From the NCBI GenBank assembly GCA_030427255.1, contig JAUHWY010000005.1:23776-87775 (forward strand): DNA of 64,000 nt, written 5' to 3'. Of this stretch, positions 47,106 through 57,121 are shown piece by piece. The DNA comes from Bacteroidia bacterium. Its GTDB lineage: Bacteria > Bacteroidota > Bacteroidia > CAIKAF01. A model generated the notes under the pieces. That model was not told where the DNA came from, did no database searches, and saw only the letters and a list, made by a program, of their open reading frames with translations. The translations under genes and the position numbers were made by a program. Each line of letters opens with the position of its first letter. The stretch's first letter is position 1.

Positions 47106-48443
47106 TTACCAGCTTATTATCACTTCTCCATTTCCCTGACGATTGCCAGGGCTTACTTGTCCGTTACTTACGCCTCCAATATAGGCTGAGCCGCCACCGC
47201 CGCCGCCGCCGTTACCTTCGGAACTTCCTCCGGCACCGCCGTACCAGCCGCCTCCGCCTCCGCCGCCATCGCCATAGGAGCTGTGGTTGCCACCGTTTCC
47301 TCCTTGACCAAAGGTGCCGGCTGTCCCAGGGTTTGTGGCCCCGGTGGCAGGTTGACCGCCGCCGCTATTACCTCCTGCACTTCCACCACCCCCGCAAAAT
47401 CCGGGAGTAGTCCAACAGTTATGGCTTTGGCCGGGTCTGCCGCCACCCAAACTCCAAGCAGCATTTCCGGGGGTTCCTCCACAACAAGATCCGGAATTAG
47501 CACCACCGGCAGTTCCCTGGCCTCCTCCGTGTCCGCCATCTCCTCCATAGGAGTTTACGTCGTTGTAGGTGTCTCCACCACCGCCGCCGCCGCCGCCGGC
47601 CACAATAACTCTATCGTTTAAGCTTTGTCCCCCTTGACGTACATCAGAAGCGCCGCCGCCGTTTCCGGAATTGGAAGTACCGTTCCCTCCACCATTCCAC
47701 CCGTTTTGACCACCCACATAAACATGGAGGGTTTCTCCCGGAGTTACCGACAGGTCACCAATGGAAGTCCCTCCCGGACCTCCGACACCAAAGTCCTGTC
47801 CTACTCCGTTTGCTCCCTGGGCACCTCGGGCCGTTATTTGTATAGAAGTAACGCAAGCAGGCACAACAAAGCTTTGGGCGGCACCCGTAAAGCTAAAGGT
47901 TTGACTACCCGAGGGAGGACAGGCACTGACAACCAAAGACTGGCTGCTTGAATCGCTGCAACCTTGGGCGTCAGTAACCACTAGATGCACTTGATACGTT
48001 CCTGCTTGAGCATAGTTTGCAGTTGCATTTTGGCCCGATCCGGTAGCAGGTGTCCCCCCTTGAAAAGTCCATTGGTAGTTTTGCGCTCCGGAGGTGGCCG
48101 CAAAGCTTACCGTACTATTGATGCTTGCCGGAGATGGACTTATAGTAAAAGAAGGGTTTGGATAACTTTGGCAATTGCACTTTACGGCTCTCCAACCACC
48201 GGGAAAATACGTATCGACACAAGAAGAACTAAGATTATAAATTGTAAGTCCGGCTGTTGGATTCACAATAGCATCGCGTTGGGTTTGCGTCAATCTGGGA
48301 AGTAGCAAGCCTCCGTTGGTGCTTCGTACTTCGAGCATGGCATCAGGATTCGGTTGCCCCGGAGTATCACTGATTAACACGCCTTGAGCTAAGCCTAGAG
48401 CATAAAAATTAAACGCTAAAATCAGACAAAATAAAGACTTCAT
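47106..48443 (-). CDS. secreted protein: conserved N-terminal module + PKD-like domain + C-terminal glycine-rich (ALK-like Gly_rich) domain
   Basis: Start placed at MKSLFCLILAFNFYALGLAQG. ...FVVPACVTSIQITARGAQG...VYVGGQNG...VIVAGGGGGGGG...GNGEVIISW. Abuts the 45818 gene with a 1-bp spacer. Confidence 0.75.
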   Translation of the reverse strand: MKSLFCLILAFNFYALGLAQGVLISDTPGQPNPDAMLEVRSTNGGLLLPRLTQTQRDAIVNPTAGLTIYNLSSSCVDTYFPGGWRAVKCNCQSYPNPSFTISPSPASINSTVSFAATSGAQNYQWTFQGGTPATGSGQNATANYAQAGTYQVHLVVTDAQGCSDSSSQSLVVSACPPSGSQTFSFTGAAQSFVVPACVTSIQITARGAQGANGVGQDFGVGGPGGTSIGDLSVTPGETLHVYVGGQNGWNGGGNGTSNSGNGGGASDVRQGGQSLNDRVIVAGGGGGGGGDTYNDVNSYGGDGGHGGGQGTAGGANSGSCCGGTPGNAAWSLGGGRPGQSHNCWTTPGFCGGGGSAGGNSGGGQPATGATNPGTAGTFGQGGNGGNHSSYGDGGGGGGGWYGGAGGSSEGNGGGGGGGSAYIGGVSNGQVSPGNRQGNGEVIISW

Positions 48444-48519
48444 GGGCTGTTGGTTTGGGAGCAAGTTACTGCAGAGCAAGACCAATGGCAAGAATAAATA
48501 TGAAAAATACCAAAGTTTT

Positions 48520-48672
48520 CTTCCGCCCCGGATGGCAGCGATACCCCGGCGCAGCGGTTTGGGTTGCCCTTGCAAAGCTTGCCGCGGCCCAGAGGGACCC
48601 GGCAAGCAATGCTAGGGCCCCAAACCGGAAGCCGTGTAAAGCGAACAGCCGGAATTGGCGGCCAAAAACTTC
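48520..48672. repeat. GC-rich hairpin-forming intergenic element, diverged copy E
   Basis: cttccgccccggatggcagcg ... ccggtttggg/cccaaaccgg and cttgccg/cggcaag stems ... gaacagccggaattggcggccaaaaact. Same start and end architecture as copies C and D. Confidence 0.6.
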
Positions 48673-48697
48673 CTTAACTTCGCTTTAAAATAATCAC

Positions 48698-50203
48698 ATG
48701 CGGTTTCTACCTCTTCTTTTTGTTCTTCTTTTTTCATTTTCTGCATTACACGCTCAGGGTGTTTTAATTAGCGACACGCCGGGTCAGGCGGACCCCTCTG
48801 CCGGGCTGGAAGCGCGTTTTTCGCAAAAGGGATTTTTAATGCCCAGGCTCACCACCGTTCAACGCAATGCCATAGCCAATCCTGCTATTGGTCTACAAAT
48901 TGTGAATTTAACCACCGAATGTGTGGAGGTGTATTTTTCAACAGGATGGACTCCTGTAGCTTGCGCCTGCACGGCCCCTCCCTCGATTCCCAGCTCCATT
49001 CAAGTGCCTACCGCTTGCCCCGGAGATACTCAGGTGGTGTTTCGCGTCAATCCCGTACCCGGAGCCGCTTCGTATCAATGGACAACTCCTCAAGGCCTGC
49101 AAATAGTGGCGGGTCAGGGCAGCGATACCTTAGTGGTGTCGGTATCGGGTAGTGGAGCGACAGGGCAAGTGCAAGTAAGTGCTCAAAACGGTTGCGGGAG
49201 TTCCTCCCCCTTAGCGGTAGCCTTTGCTTTTCAAGGCCCCGGAGCAGGTTTCGGACCTTTATCCGGCGCGATTGGAAATCCTGTGAATTTTAACGCCACC
49301 AGCAATACGGCCATTAGCTATCAGTGGCAATTTCAGAGCGGCACCCCGGCCAATTCCAACCTAGCCGGCCCTAGCGTATTATGGAGCAATACCGGCAACT
49401 ACCAAGTAATTCTTCAAACTACCGACGCCAATGGTTGCAGCTCCATAGACACCCAAAGCGTGAGCATTACCAATTGCCCTCCGGGCAGCCAGACCTTTAG
49501 CTTTACCGGAGGTATACAAAGCTTTACGGTTCCCAATTGTGTGGGCAGCATTACCATTCAAGCATCCGGGGCACAAGGTGGCGCAAATCAAAATGGAGAC
49601 GCGGGAGGCTTAGGTGCCATACTACAAGGAGACTTCATAGTTTCCGGAGGAGAGGTGCTTCAGGTTTTGGTAGGTGGCAAAGGCCAAGATGGAATTAGTC
49701 AATCGTATTTCAGGTCCGGAGGCGGTGGCGGCGGATCCTTTGTTTGGAGGCAAAATGGAAATCAGCTGCTGATTGCGGCAGGAGGTGGAGGTGGAAGAGA
49801 CGTAGGAGGGTCTACCGATCAAATAGATGCAAGCTCAGGCACTACAGGTCAGCCCGGGGCCTTTCCTTCGGCATCGGCAGGAAATGGCGGCACTGGGGGC
49901 AGCAGCTTTAATGGAAATGATGGCGGCGGAGGCGCTGGCTGGAACAGCAATGGCACCGGTACCGGCCCCGGAATACGGCCGCTAAGTGGAGGCCAAGGCG
50001 GCAGCAACAACCGCAATGGCGGTTTTGGCGGTGGCGGGGGCGCTACCAATGCAGGAGGCGGAGGAGGAGGCTACAGCGGTGGCAGTTGTGGACAAAACAG
50101 CTCCTTAAGCGCAGGCGGCGGCGGCTCCTTTAACGGAGGAACCAACCAACAAAATACAGGTGGACAGCACAGCGGAGATGGCCAAATCACCATCAGCTGG
50201 TAA
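48698..50203 (+). CDS. secreted protein: conserved N-terminal module + PKD-like domains + C-terminal glycine-rich (ALK-like Gly_rich) domain
   Basis: 501 aa. AQGVLISDTPGQADPSAGLEARFSQKGFLMPRLTTVQRNAIANPAIGLQIVN. ...FTVPNCVGSITIQASGAQGG...VLVGGKG...LIAAGGGGG...GDGQITISW. Confidence 0.75.
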   Translation: MRFLPLLFVLLFSFSALHAQGVLISDTPGQADPSAGLEARFSQKGFLMPRLTTVQRNAIANPAIGLQIVNLTTECVEVYFSTGWTPVACACTAPPSIPSSIQVPTACPGDTQVVFRVNPVPGAASYQWTTPQGLQIVAGQGSDTLVVSVSGSGATGQVQVSAQNGCGSSSPLAVAFAFQGPGAGFGPLSGAIGNPVNFNATSNTAISYQWQFQSGTPANSNLAGPSVLWSNTGNYQVILQTTDANGCSSIDTQSVSITNCPPGSQTFSFTGGIQSFTVPNCVGSITIQASGAQGGANQNGDAGGLGAILQGDFIVSGGEVLQVLVGGKGQDGISQSYFRSGGGGGGSFVWRQNGNQLLIAAGGGGGRDVGGSTDQIDASSGTTGQPGAFPSASAGNGGTGGSSFNGNDGGGGAGWNSNGTGTGPGIRPLSGGQGGSNNRNGGFGGGGGATNAGGGGGGYSGGSCGQNSSLSAGGGGSFNGGTNQQNTGGQHSGDGQITISW

Positions 50204-51958
50204 TCAGGGACGTATAATTTTTGCCCTTCCCTGATCGGTTTCAATGATGTATACCCCGGGGGCTTCTCCTCCCATTTGAGGCAAAGAAGTTGCTGTATGG
50301 CCCACTTGAACTTGCTGACCCAGTAGGTTGTAAAGCGTCCATCTGCCGGACACACCGGGCAGCTGCAAGGCTCCGGAACAAGGATTGGGCATTGGAGTCC
50401 AATGGCTAGAAACGGAGCTTAGACCTAAGCTTGGAGGTGGAGTGGCCTCCGCATCTGAACAAACGGCTCCAAAGCCTTCGGCAAAACGCCAAGCTGCCGG
50501 AATGTCTAGCTCATCGAGTTCTTGTGGATAACCCTGACTTGGAAAACTTTGTTGGGGAGCCCAATAGGGCGGTGCTCCCGACAAATAGAGTGAGGCTTCA
50601 GGAATCTGCTCCGTTCCCGGCGGCGTACAGTTGCCTAGCACATTGTTTCCTTTAAAAGTATGGCCTTGGCCTTGAATGGACCATTGCCCATAAAACACAT
50701 TGCCATTGGTCACTTCATTGCCAATAAAATGCTGCTGGTCGGTCACCGGAGTTCCATTGGAAACAAAAACCCCAAAGCCGTTCACCCGATTCCTAAAAAA
50801 CACATTGTCGGGCCCACCGGGACCCCAGTAATGGTCCACCATAATCATTTCCACCTCGTTGGATTCAAACAAATTCGCAAAAGGATAATGCCCATGCACA
50901 CTAATGTCTGCGGAATAGTCGCTAATTGGCTCAGCACGAAGCACCTCCACCGAGTGGTTGTAGCCAAACACATTGCCGTTGGCACCGTATTTTACCATCA
51001 TGGCATGCCGCAGGCGTCTAAAGCGGTTGTTTTCTACCAAACAAAGGGTGGAATGGTTATTTATGGTTACTCCATATCCGCGCGTGCCCGAACCGGTAAA
51101 CTCATAGGCATCATGCAAATAACTGTGGCGAATGGTTAAATGAGTGCTTATATCGGCAATGATATGCGAACCAAGGCTCTTTTCGCTTTCCACGCCTTCT
51201 ACCAAACAGTCGGCGGCCATACTAAATCGAATATGGTAGCCGGTGGCAGAGCCGGGTTGATCCACACGCTCCAGCTTTAAGCATTGAATCCGAACCCCCG
51301 TGCGCATACGCAAGGGACGAGCCTCAGGCTGCAAACCGGAGTCGGGTGCGTAACGAAAGCCCTCTTCTAAAAACACGGTATCTCCGGACACTTGAACTAT
51401 CTTACTCACATGTCCTACGGCCTTTTGTGCCCAAGAGGCCGGATTAGAGTCCCATGCACCATTTTCTTGACGAATTTCGGCATACCTGCCGGGCCTAAAA
51501 CCGGTAGTATCGGCCACCAAAAACCAAGCTTGACGGGCCTGAGGCATGGCTGACAAAGGCCTGAAGTTGCCGGCTCCACTTCCTCCAATGGTCAAAAAAG
51601 ACTGCCCACCTCCCTGTGGATCAAACAACAATCGGCTTTGAGGGCCCTTCCCTTCCAAAATCAAACTGTCCGGAAAGCCTATGGAACCCTTGAAACGATA
51701 ATCTCCTGAATCAAGAACTATGCGTAAAGGTCTCCCCTCCAAACTATCCGGAATATTCGCCCAGGCCGTATCGTTAAACGTTTGGCCATCGCCAACGCCT
51801 CCTAAATCAGCAAAGCGAAGGGTAAGGGTGCCGGTTGTATCCCAAAGGCGCGCTCCCGCTAAGTTCCAGTCCCATTGGTGCAAAGGATTTAGGCTTTGTG
51901 CCTGCGCAAATGAACCAAGACTAAGGAGAGCAAGAAAACTGCAAAAGGGTTTAATCAT
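50204..51958 (-). CDS. right-handed beta-helix (pectate-lyase-like) protein with T9SS C-terminal sorting domain
   Basis: 584 aa with signal peptide. Repeated NN/GN beta-helix rungs (VENNRF, GYNHS, FRNRVNG, IGNEVTNGNV). C-terminus ...WTLYNLLGQQV...GVYIIETDQGRAKII. Confidence 0.65.
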   Translation of the reverse strand: MIKPFCSFLALLSLGSFAQAQSLNPLHQWDWNLAGARLWDTTGTLTLRFADLGGVGDGQTFNDTAWANIPDSLEGRPLRIVLDSGDYRFKGSIGFPDSLILEGKGPQSRLLFDPQGGGQSFLTIGGSGAGNFRPLSAMPQARQAWFLVADTTGFRPGRYAEIRQENGAWDSNPASWAQKAVGHVSKIVQVSGDTVFLEEGFRYAPDSGLQPEARPLRMRTGVRIQCLKLERVDQPGSATGYHIRFSMAADCLVEGVESEKSLGSHIIADISTHLTIRHSYLHDAYEFTGSGTRGYGVTINNHSTLCLVENNRFRRLRHAMMVKYGANGNVFGYNHSVEVLRAEPISDYSADISVHGHYPFANLFESNEVEMIMVDHYWGPGGPDNVFFRNRVNGFGVFVSNGTPVTDQQHFIGNEVTNGNVFYGQWSIQGQGHTFKGNNVLGNCTPPGTEQIPEASLYLSGAPPYWAPQQSFPSQGYPQELDELDIPAAWRFAEGFGAVCSDAEATPPPSLGLSSVSSHWTPMPNPCSGALQLPGVSGRWTLYNLLGQQVQVGHTATSLPQMGGEAPGVYIIETDQGRAKIIRP

Positions 51959-52015
51959 GGCTAAAAATTAAAAAAAACAGGAAAATACGGTGGCATTTTT
52001 GCTTAATTTCCCCTC

Positions 52016-53065
52016 ATGAAACATCTTTTTCGGTGGATTTTCCGCTTAATTCTTCTAGTGCTGCTTCTTTTTGCAGGCTTTCTAGGCTATTTGAGCATAA
52101 CCGACTACCGCCCCGAAGCCCGAGAGGCCGCAACCGTCCAAGGCCAAAGCGCCGAACGAACTTTTGCCACCGGCGACACCCTAAGTCTGCTCATTTGGAA
52201 TATTGGCTACGCAGGCCTGGGTGCAGAAATGGACTTTTTCTTTGATGGGGGGAGCCGAGTACGCCCCGAAAAAGAAGAAAATAGCCGATACCTCCAGGGA
52301 ATCACAACCTTTTTAGCCCAACAGAGCTCCACCGACTTTGTGCTCCTCCAAGAAGTGGATAGGAATTCTAAACGCAGCTACCATACCGACCAAGTGGTGC
52401 CCATTAGTCAGGCTTTGCCCAAGCACAATTACAGCTTTGCCCTTAATTACAAAACAGCCTTTGTGCCTCAACCGCTTACCGAGCCCTACGGAAAAGTGGT
52501 AGGCGGCTTGCTCAGTTTGTCGCGCACCCAACCCGTTCAAAGCACACGCTACCGACTCAAAGCCGACGCCGATTGGCCAATGGGACTTTTTATGCTCGAT
52601 CGATGCTTCTTAACTCAGCGGTTCCCCATGGACTCCAGCAAAGAACTTGTGGTGGTTAACTTACACCTTTCCGCTTATGACGACGGCGGCGTAAAGCAAA
52701 ACCAAATGGACAGCCTAGCCGCCTTTCTGCACAAAGAAGAGGAACAAGGAAATGTGGTGCTTTTGGGTGGCGATTGGAACCAAATTGCACCCGACAAACC
52801 CCTACCTAAACCAATGGAAAATGCGCCGGTGACGGTACAACAGGCGCCCAAAGAATTCCCCAACGCCAACTGGCAGTGGGCTGTCCCCGAGCAAAGCACC
52901 AACCGCTGGCTGCTTGGGCCCTATCAGCAAGGAACAACCCAAGAAGCCTGCATCGATTATTTTTTGGTTTCACCGGGAGTTCGGGTGCTGCAAACCAAAC
53001 GCTTGAACTTGAACTTTGCCTATTCAGACCATGAACCGGTTTGGATGCAACTTATTCTTCCTTAG
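52016..53065 (+). CDS. endonuclease/exonuclease/phosphatase (EEP) family protein, membrane-anchored
   Basis: N-terminal TM helix. LLIWNIGYAG ... LLQEVD ... NLHLSAYDDGG ... SDHEPV motifs. Confidence 0.75.
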   Translation: MKHLFRWIFRLILLVLLLFAGFLGYLSITDYRPEAREAATVQGQSAERTFATGDTLSLLIWNIGYAGLGAEMDFFFDGGSRVRPEKEENSRYLQGITTFLAQQSSTDFVLLQEVDRNSKRSYHTDQVVPISQALPKHNYSFALNYKTAFVPQPLTEPYGKVVGGLLSLSRTQPVQSTRYRLKADADWPMGLFMLDRCFLTQRFPMDSSKELVVVNLHLSAYDDGGVKQNQMDSLAAFLHKEEEQGNVVLLGGDWNQIAPDKPLPKPMENAPVTVQQAPKEFPNANWQWAVPEQSTNRWLLGPYQQGTTQEACIDYFLVSPGVRVLQTKRLNLNFAYSDHEPVWMQLILP

Positions 53066-53074
53066 GTTTTTTTG

Positions 53075-53250
53075 GGTGCCGGACGGGCTGCCCGCTTCTA
53101 GGCTGTTTGCAAAAAAACGTCGTGCTAAGGCTTGGTCAGGGCTTCCTCTGTCAGCCTGCCCAAGCCAAGCACGTCTGTTTTTTTGCTGCACAGCGCTAAC
53201 CGCTCGCATCCCTGGCACGGGATTACGTAAAGCTCCTTTTACCCTGCGTA
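53075..53250. repeat. GC-rich hairpin-forming intergenic element, diverged copy F
   Basis: aaacgtcgtgctaaggcttgg ... cccaagccaagcacgtctgttt inverted repeat carrying the CTAAGGCTTGG motif. Confidence 0.5.
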
Positions 53251-53252
53251 GT

Positions 53253-56135
53253 TTACCCTTCTAAAGCTGCATATTCCTCAATAGGTAAGCAACTGCAAAT
53301 GAGGTTTCTGTCTCCGTAGGCATCGTCAACCCTGCTTACCGGAGGCCAAAACTTATTGTCCTCCACAAAACGAAGCGGATACGCTGCTTTTCTGCGGCTG
53401 TAAGGACGTGACCAATCTTCTTCGAGCAAAACCGCAGCGGTGTGAGGCGCATTCTTCACCACATTATTCCCCGGATCGCTCTGACCCAATTCAATTTCCC
53501 GAATTTCTTCCCGAATTTGAATCAAGGCGTCGCAAAAACGACCCATCTCTTCCATAGATTCGCTTTCGGTAGGCTCTATCATTAAGGTTCCTGCCACGGG
53601 AAAACTTACCGTTGGAGCATGGAAACCGTAGTCCATAAGCCGCTTGGCAATGTCTACTACCTCAATTCCCAGTTTTTTAAAGGCACGCATATCCAAAATA
53701 AACTCATGAGCAACCCTACCTTTATTGTTGGTATACAACACAGGGAAATGAGGTTCCAAACGAGCCTTCATAAAGTTGGCGTTCAGAATTGCGGTTTCGG
53801 TAGAACGCTTTAAACCATCCGGGCCCAACAAACGTATGTAGGCATAAGAAATAATCAGAATAAGCGGACTTCCCCATGGGGCTGCAGACACCGATGATAT
53901 TCCTTGTTGCCCGCCGGTTTCCTGATCGCCATGAACCGGCAAGAAGGGTGCCAAATGGGCTTTTACCCCAATGGGCCCCATGCCCGGACCGCCGCCTCCA
54001 TGTGGAATGGCGAAGGTTTTATGCAAATTCAAGTGGCACACATCCGCTCCAATGGCCGCCGGAGAAGTGAGGCCAACTTGTGCATTCATATTTGCTCCGT
54101 CCATGTAAACCTGTCCACCGAATTCATGTGCAATGGAGGTAATTTCAATTACCCGCTCCTCAAAAACTCCGTGGGTAGAAGGGTAGGTAATCATTAAGGC
54201 AGACAGGGCATCCTTATGTTTTTCGGCCTTGGCTCTTAGGTCGTCTACATCAATATTTCCTTGCTCATCGCAGGCAACCACAACCACTTTCATGCCGGCC
54301 ATCACCGCAGAAGCGGGGTTAGTTCCATGCGCCGAAGATGGAATAAGCGCAACATTCCGCTGAGGTTCTCCATTGGCCTGATGAAAGGCTCTGATGACCA
54401 TTAAACCGGTGTATTCGCCTTGTGCACCGCTATTGGGCATAAGAGAAACCGAGTCAAAACCGGTAATCTCGGCTAAATCACGGGCCAATTTGTCAATTAA
54501 AATACGGTACCCCGCCGAATGATGCTCAGGAGCAAAAGGATGAATGGCCTGAAATTCCGGCCAGCTCAGAGGAGCCAATTGGGTGGCAGCGTTCAACTTC
54601 ATGGTGCATGAACCCAAAGGAATCATGCTAAAGTTCAAGGCAATATCCTTTCTTTCCAATTGTTTTATATAACGCATCAGTTCGGTCTCCGACCGGTGGG
54701 TATGGAACACCGGATGCGTAAGGTATGAGGATTGTCTTTGCGCAAATTTGGGGATTCTAATTTGCGTGGCGGCAATGCTTTGCTCGGTAAAAACAGGAGC
54801 AGACTGCCTGGCGGCATCGGCAAAAGCACGAATTAGCTCATTTAAACTGTCTAAGCTGGTGGTTTCGTCAAAAGAAAGACCAATAGATCCGTCTTTATGT
54901 AAATACACATTGATGTCGCGTGCCCGAGCTTTCGCCAAAAACTCTTCCGTATGGTTGTTGGGTAGCACTTTAAGGGTATCAAAGAAATCACCTTCGGGGA
55001 GCGTATAACCCAGCTGCTCCAAAGCTGCGGCAGCCAAACAGGTTTTTTTATGCACGTCCATGGCTATTTCCTTCAACCCATCCGGACCATGGTAGACTGC
55101 GTACATAGAAGCCATAATGGCCAGCAATGCTTGGGCGGTGCAAATATTGGAGGTAGCTTTATCTCGGCGGATGTGCTGTTCTCTGGTTTGCAAAGCCATC
55201 CGAAGGGCCGGTTTATGATCGCGGTCTAAGGTTATACCAATAATTCTGCCGGGGACCTGTCTGGAAAAGTCCTTACGTGTAGCAAAAAATGCGGCATGTG
55301 GTCCACCAAAACCCATGGGCACACCAAAGCGCTGGGTACTGCCTACCACTACATCTGCGCCCCACTCACCGGGAGGAGTTAGAAGTGTAAGGGCCAAAAG
55401 GTCTGTGGCTACCGCTACTTTTAATTCCGCGGCATGGCATTGACTTACAAAGTCGGCCAAATGTCCAACGGTTCCGTTTTTGTCGGGGTATTGCAAGAGC
55501 ACACCAAAGAACCCCTCCTCTTTGGGGTCAAAGTTTGCAGGATTTCCTAAAACCAATTCAATACCTAAAGGCTCAGCTCGGGTAATAAGAACATCCAAGG
55601 TTTGTGCAAACACCGACTCTGCAACAAAGAAACGGTTACACTCTTCTTTAACTTGTTGCCGGCTCCTGAGGGCATGAAGCATGGTCATAGCTTCGGCAGC
55701 AGCCGTAGCCTCGTCGAGCAGCGAAGCGTTCGCCAAGTCCATACCGGTGAGTTCCATCACCATGGTTTGGAAGTTTAGAATGGCTTCCATGCGGCCCTGA
55801 GCTATTTCGGCCTGATAGGGCGTGTAGGCCGTATACCAGCCCGGGTTTTCAAATATATTGCGCAATATGGGAGTGGGCGTAAAGGTCCCATAATAGCCTT
55901 GTCCCATAAAATTGTGGGCCAATGTGTTTTTTGAGGCCAAATCCCAAATGTGTCTCAAAAAATCTTGTTCCGTCATGGCACGATCCAAGTCCAAAGGTTT
56001 AGGCAAGCGAATTGAGGACGGAACTACCTCATTTATAAGCTGCTCCATTGAATCTACACCAATGTACTCAAGCATGTTTTGTACTTCGGTCCGGTCGGGA
56101 CCCAGGTGTCGCTCAGCAAAATTTACGTGATGCAT
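53253..56135 (-). CDS. gcvP: glycine dehydrogenase (decarboxylating), single-chain P-protein
   Basis: About 960 aa. Start placed at MHHVNFAERHLGP. Two PLP-dependent halves. SCTMKLNA motif. Confidence 0.95.
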   Translation of the reverse strand: MHHVNFAERHLGPDRTEVQNMLEYIGVDSMEQLINEVVPSSIRLPKPLDLDRAMTEQDFLRHIWDLASKNTLAHNFMGQGYYGTFTPTPILRNIFENPGWYTAYTPYQAEIAQGRMEAILNFQTMVMELTGMDLANASLLDEATAAAEAMTMLHALRSRQQVKEECNRFFVAESVFAQTLDVLITRAEPLGIELVLGNPANFDPKEEGFFGVLLQYPDKNGTVGHLADFVSQCHAAELKVAVATDLLALTLLTPPGEWGADVVVGSTQRFGVPMGFGGPHAAFFATRKDFSRQVPGRIIGITLDRDHKPALRMALQTREQHIRRDKATSNICTAQALLAIMASMYAVYHGPDGLKEIAMDVHKKTCLAAAALEQLGYTLPEGDFFDTLKVLPNNHTEEFLAKARARDINVYLHKDGSIGLSFDETTSLDSLNELIRAFADAARQSAPVFTEQSIAATQIRIPKFAQRQSSYLTHPVFHTHRSETELMRYIKQLERKDIALNFSMIPLGSCTMKLNAATQLAPLSWPEFQAIHPFAPEHHSAGYRILIDKLARDLAEITGFDSVSLMPNSGAQGEYTGLMVIRAFHQANGEPQRNVALIPSSAHGTNPASAVMAGMKVVVVACDEQGNIDVDDLRAKAEKHKDALSALMITYPSTHGVFEERVIEITSIAHEFGGQVYMDGANMNAQVGLTSPAAIGADVCHLNLHKTFAIPHGGGGPGMGPIGVKAHLAPFLPVHGDQETGGQQGISSVSAAPWGSPLILIISYAYIRLLGPDGLKRSTETAILNANFMKARLEPHFPVLYTNNKGRVAHEFILDMRAFKKLGIEVVDIAKRLMDYGFHAPTVSFPVAGTLMIEPTESESMEEMGRFCDALIQIREEIREIELGQSDPGNNVVKNAPHTAAVLLEEDWSRPYSRRKAAYPLRFVEDNKFWPPVSRVDDAYGDRNLICSCLPIEEYAALEG

Positions 56136-56234
56136 GTGAAAATCAAGGCTAAGAGGGTTTCTCAGTAAACGCAAAATTAAACATATTTGTTGGTGCCCTT
56201 TCAAGCTTTTGATCACATTATTTTTCTGCCTGCT

Positions 56235-57113
56235 ATGAAGTTGTTTTCTGCTGCTATTTCTGTTGTCCTGCTTGCTTTGTCAAGCCTGGCTTTTGGCCAA
56301 GACACCTTGCTGTTTATTAATGGAAAAGAAGTGCCTGCCATGGGGATTCGAACCGATACCGAACAAGATCGGTTGCTTTTTTTCCCCTTGCGGTCCAAAT
56401 CTAAGGTCATTGATACTGCCAAGTGGCAAGTTGTTGAAGGCTTTGGTTTATTAGACAAAGACCAGGTGATTCAGGGAGAACTGATTTCGGCCAACGATTC
56501 TTTGGTTCGCTTTCAAGCCAAGGGACAAGAAAACATCCAAAACTATCCAACAGGTCAAGTGCTTGCTGCTTGGGATACAGGACTTGCCTTACAAGGGGCA
56601 AAGCATCAAAGGGGACATATTCATTTCCCAAAGGGAGCAGGAGGGCAACCCTATCTGCAAAAAGCCAAACGCGAAAAAGACGTGTGGATTTTCAGAGTGT
56701 TTAGCTATTACCAAGGTCCGGAAGAAACGGTAATTTACCGCCAAGACACTGCATCCCGAGATTTTTTCCTTAGCGAAGCCGAAGCCCGGGCCTATATTTT
56801 CGGTCGTAGGTCTGCAAGAAGAAATTACGAGTCTGCCTTTTCTTACATTGGAGGGGGAATTGCCGGAGGTTCCGCTGCCGCCCTTAACTACTTTTGGGCT
56901 CCCGGCCCTGCACTTTTGTTCTTGGTGGTCAACACTTCTATTCCGGTAAAAAAAATCAAAACCGGACCGGAAGATGCCCCATTTAAAGACGACCCCTTGT
57001 TTGTAGACGGCTACAAAGTACAAGCCTCCAAACGAAAACTCCGTAATGGTCTTATTGTGGCTGTTCCGGCAGTTGTTGGAGGCATTTTGGTTAGATATTT
57101 CTTTATTCAATAA
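56235..57113 (+). CDS. hypothetical exported protein with C-terminal TM anchor
   Basis: Signal peptide MKLFSAAISVVLLALSSLAFGQ. Hydrophobic C-terminus. Confidence 0.4.
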   Translation: MKLFSAAISVVLLALSSLAFGQDTLLFINGKEVPAMGIRTDTEQDRLLFFPLRSKSKVIDTAKWQVVEGFGLLDKDQVIQGELISANDSLVRFQAKGQENIQNYPTGQVLAAWDTGLALQGAKHQRGHIHFPKGAGGQPYLQKAKREKDVWIFRVFSYYQGPEETVIYRQDTASRDFFLSEAEARAYIFGRRSARRNYESAFSYIGGGIAGGSAAALNYFWAPGPALLFLVVNTSIPVKKIKTGPEDAPFKDDPLFVDGYKVQASKRKLRNGLIVAVPAVVGGILVRYFFIQ

Positions 57114-57121
57114 CCCACATT

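Noticed and set aside
45808-48305. Multiple long ORFs nested in or antisense to the glycine-rich genes (e.g. 45808-46227, 46283-46642, 47168-47548, 47283-47621, 47985-48305)
   Set aside because: GC-rich GGN-repeat coding DNA gives open frames on both strands. The sense frames have coherent domain architecture, while the alternatives are low-complexity A/P/R-rich.
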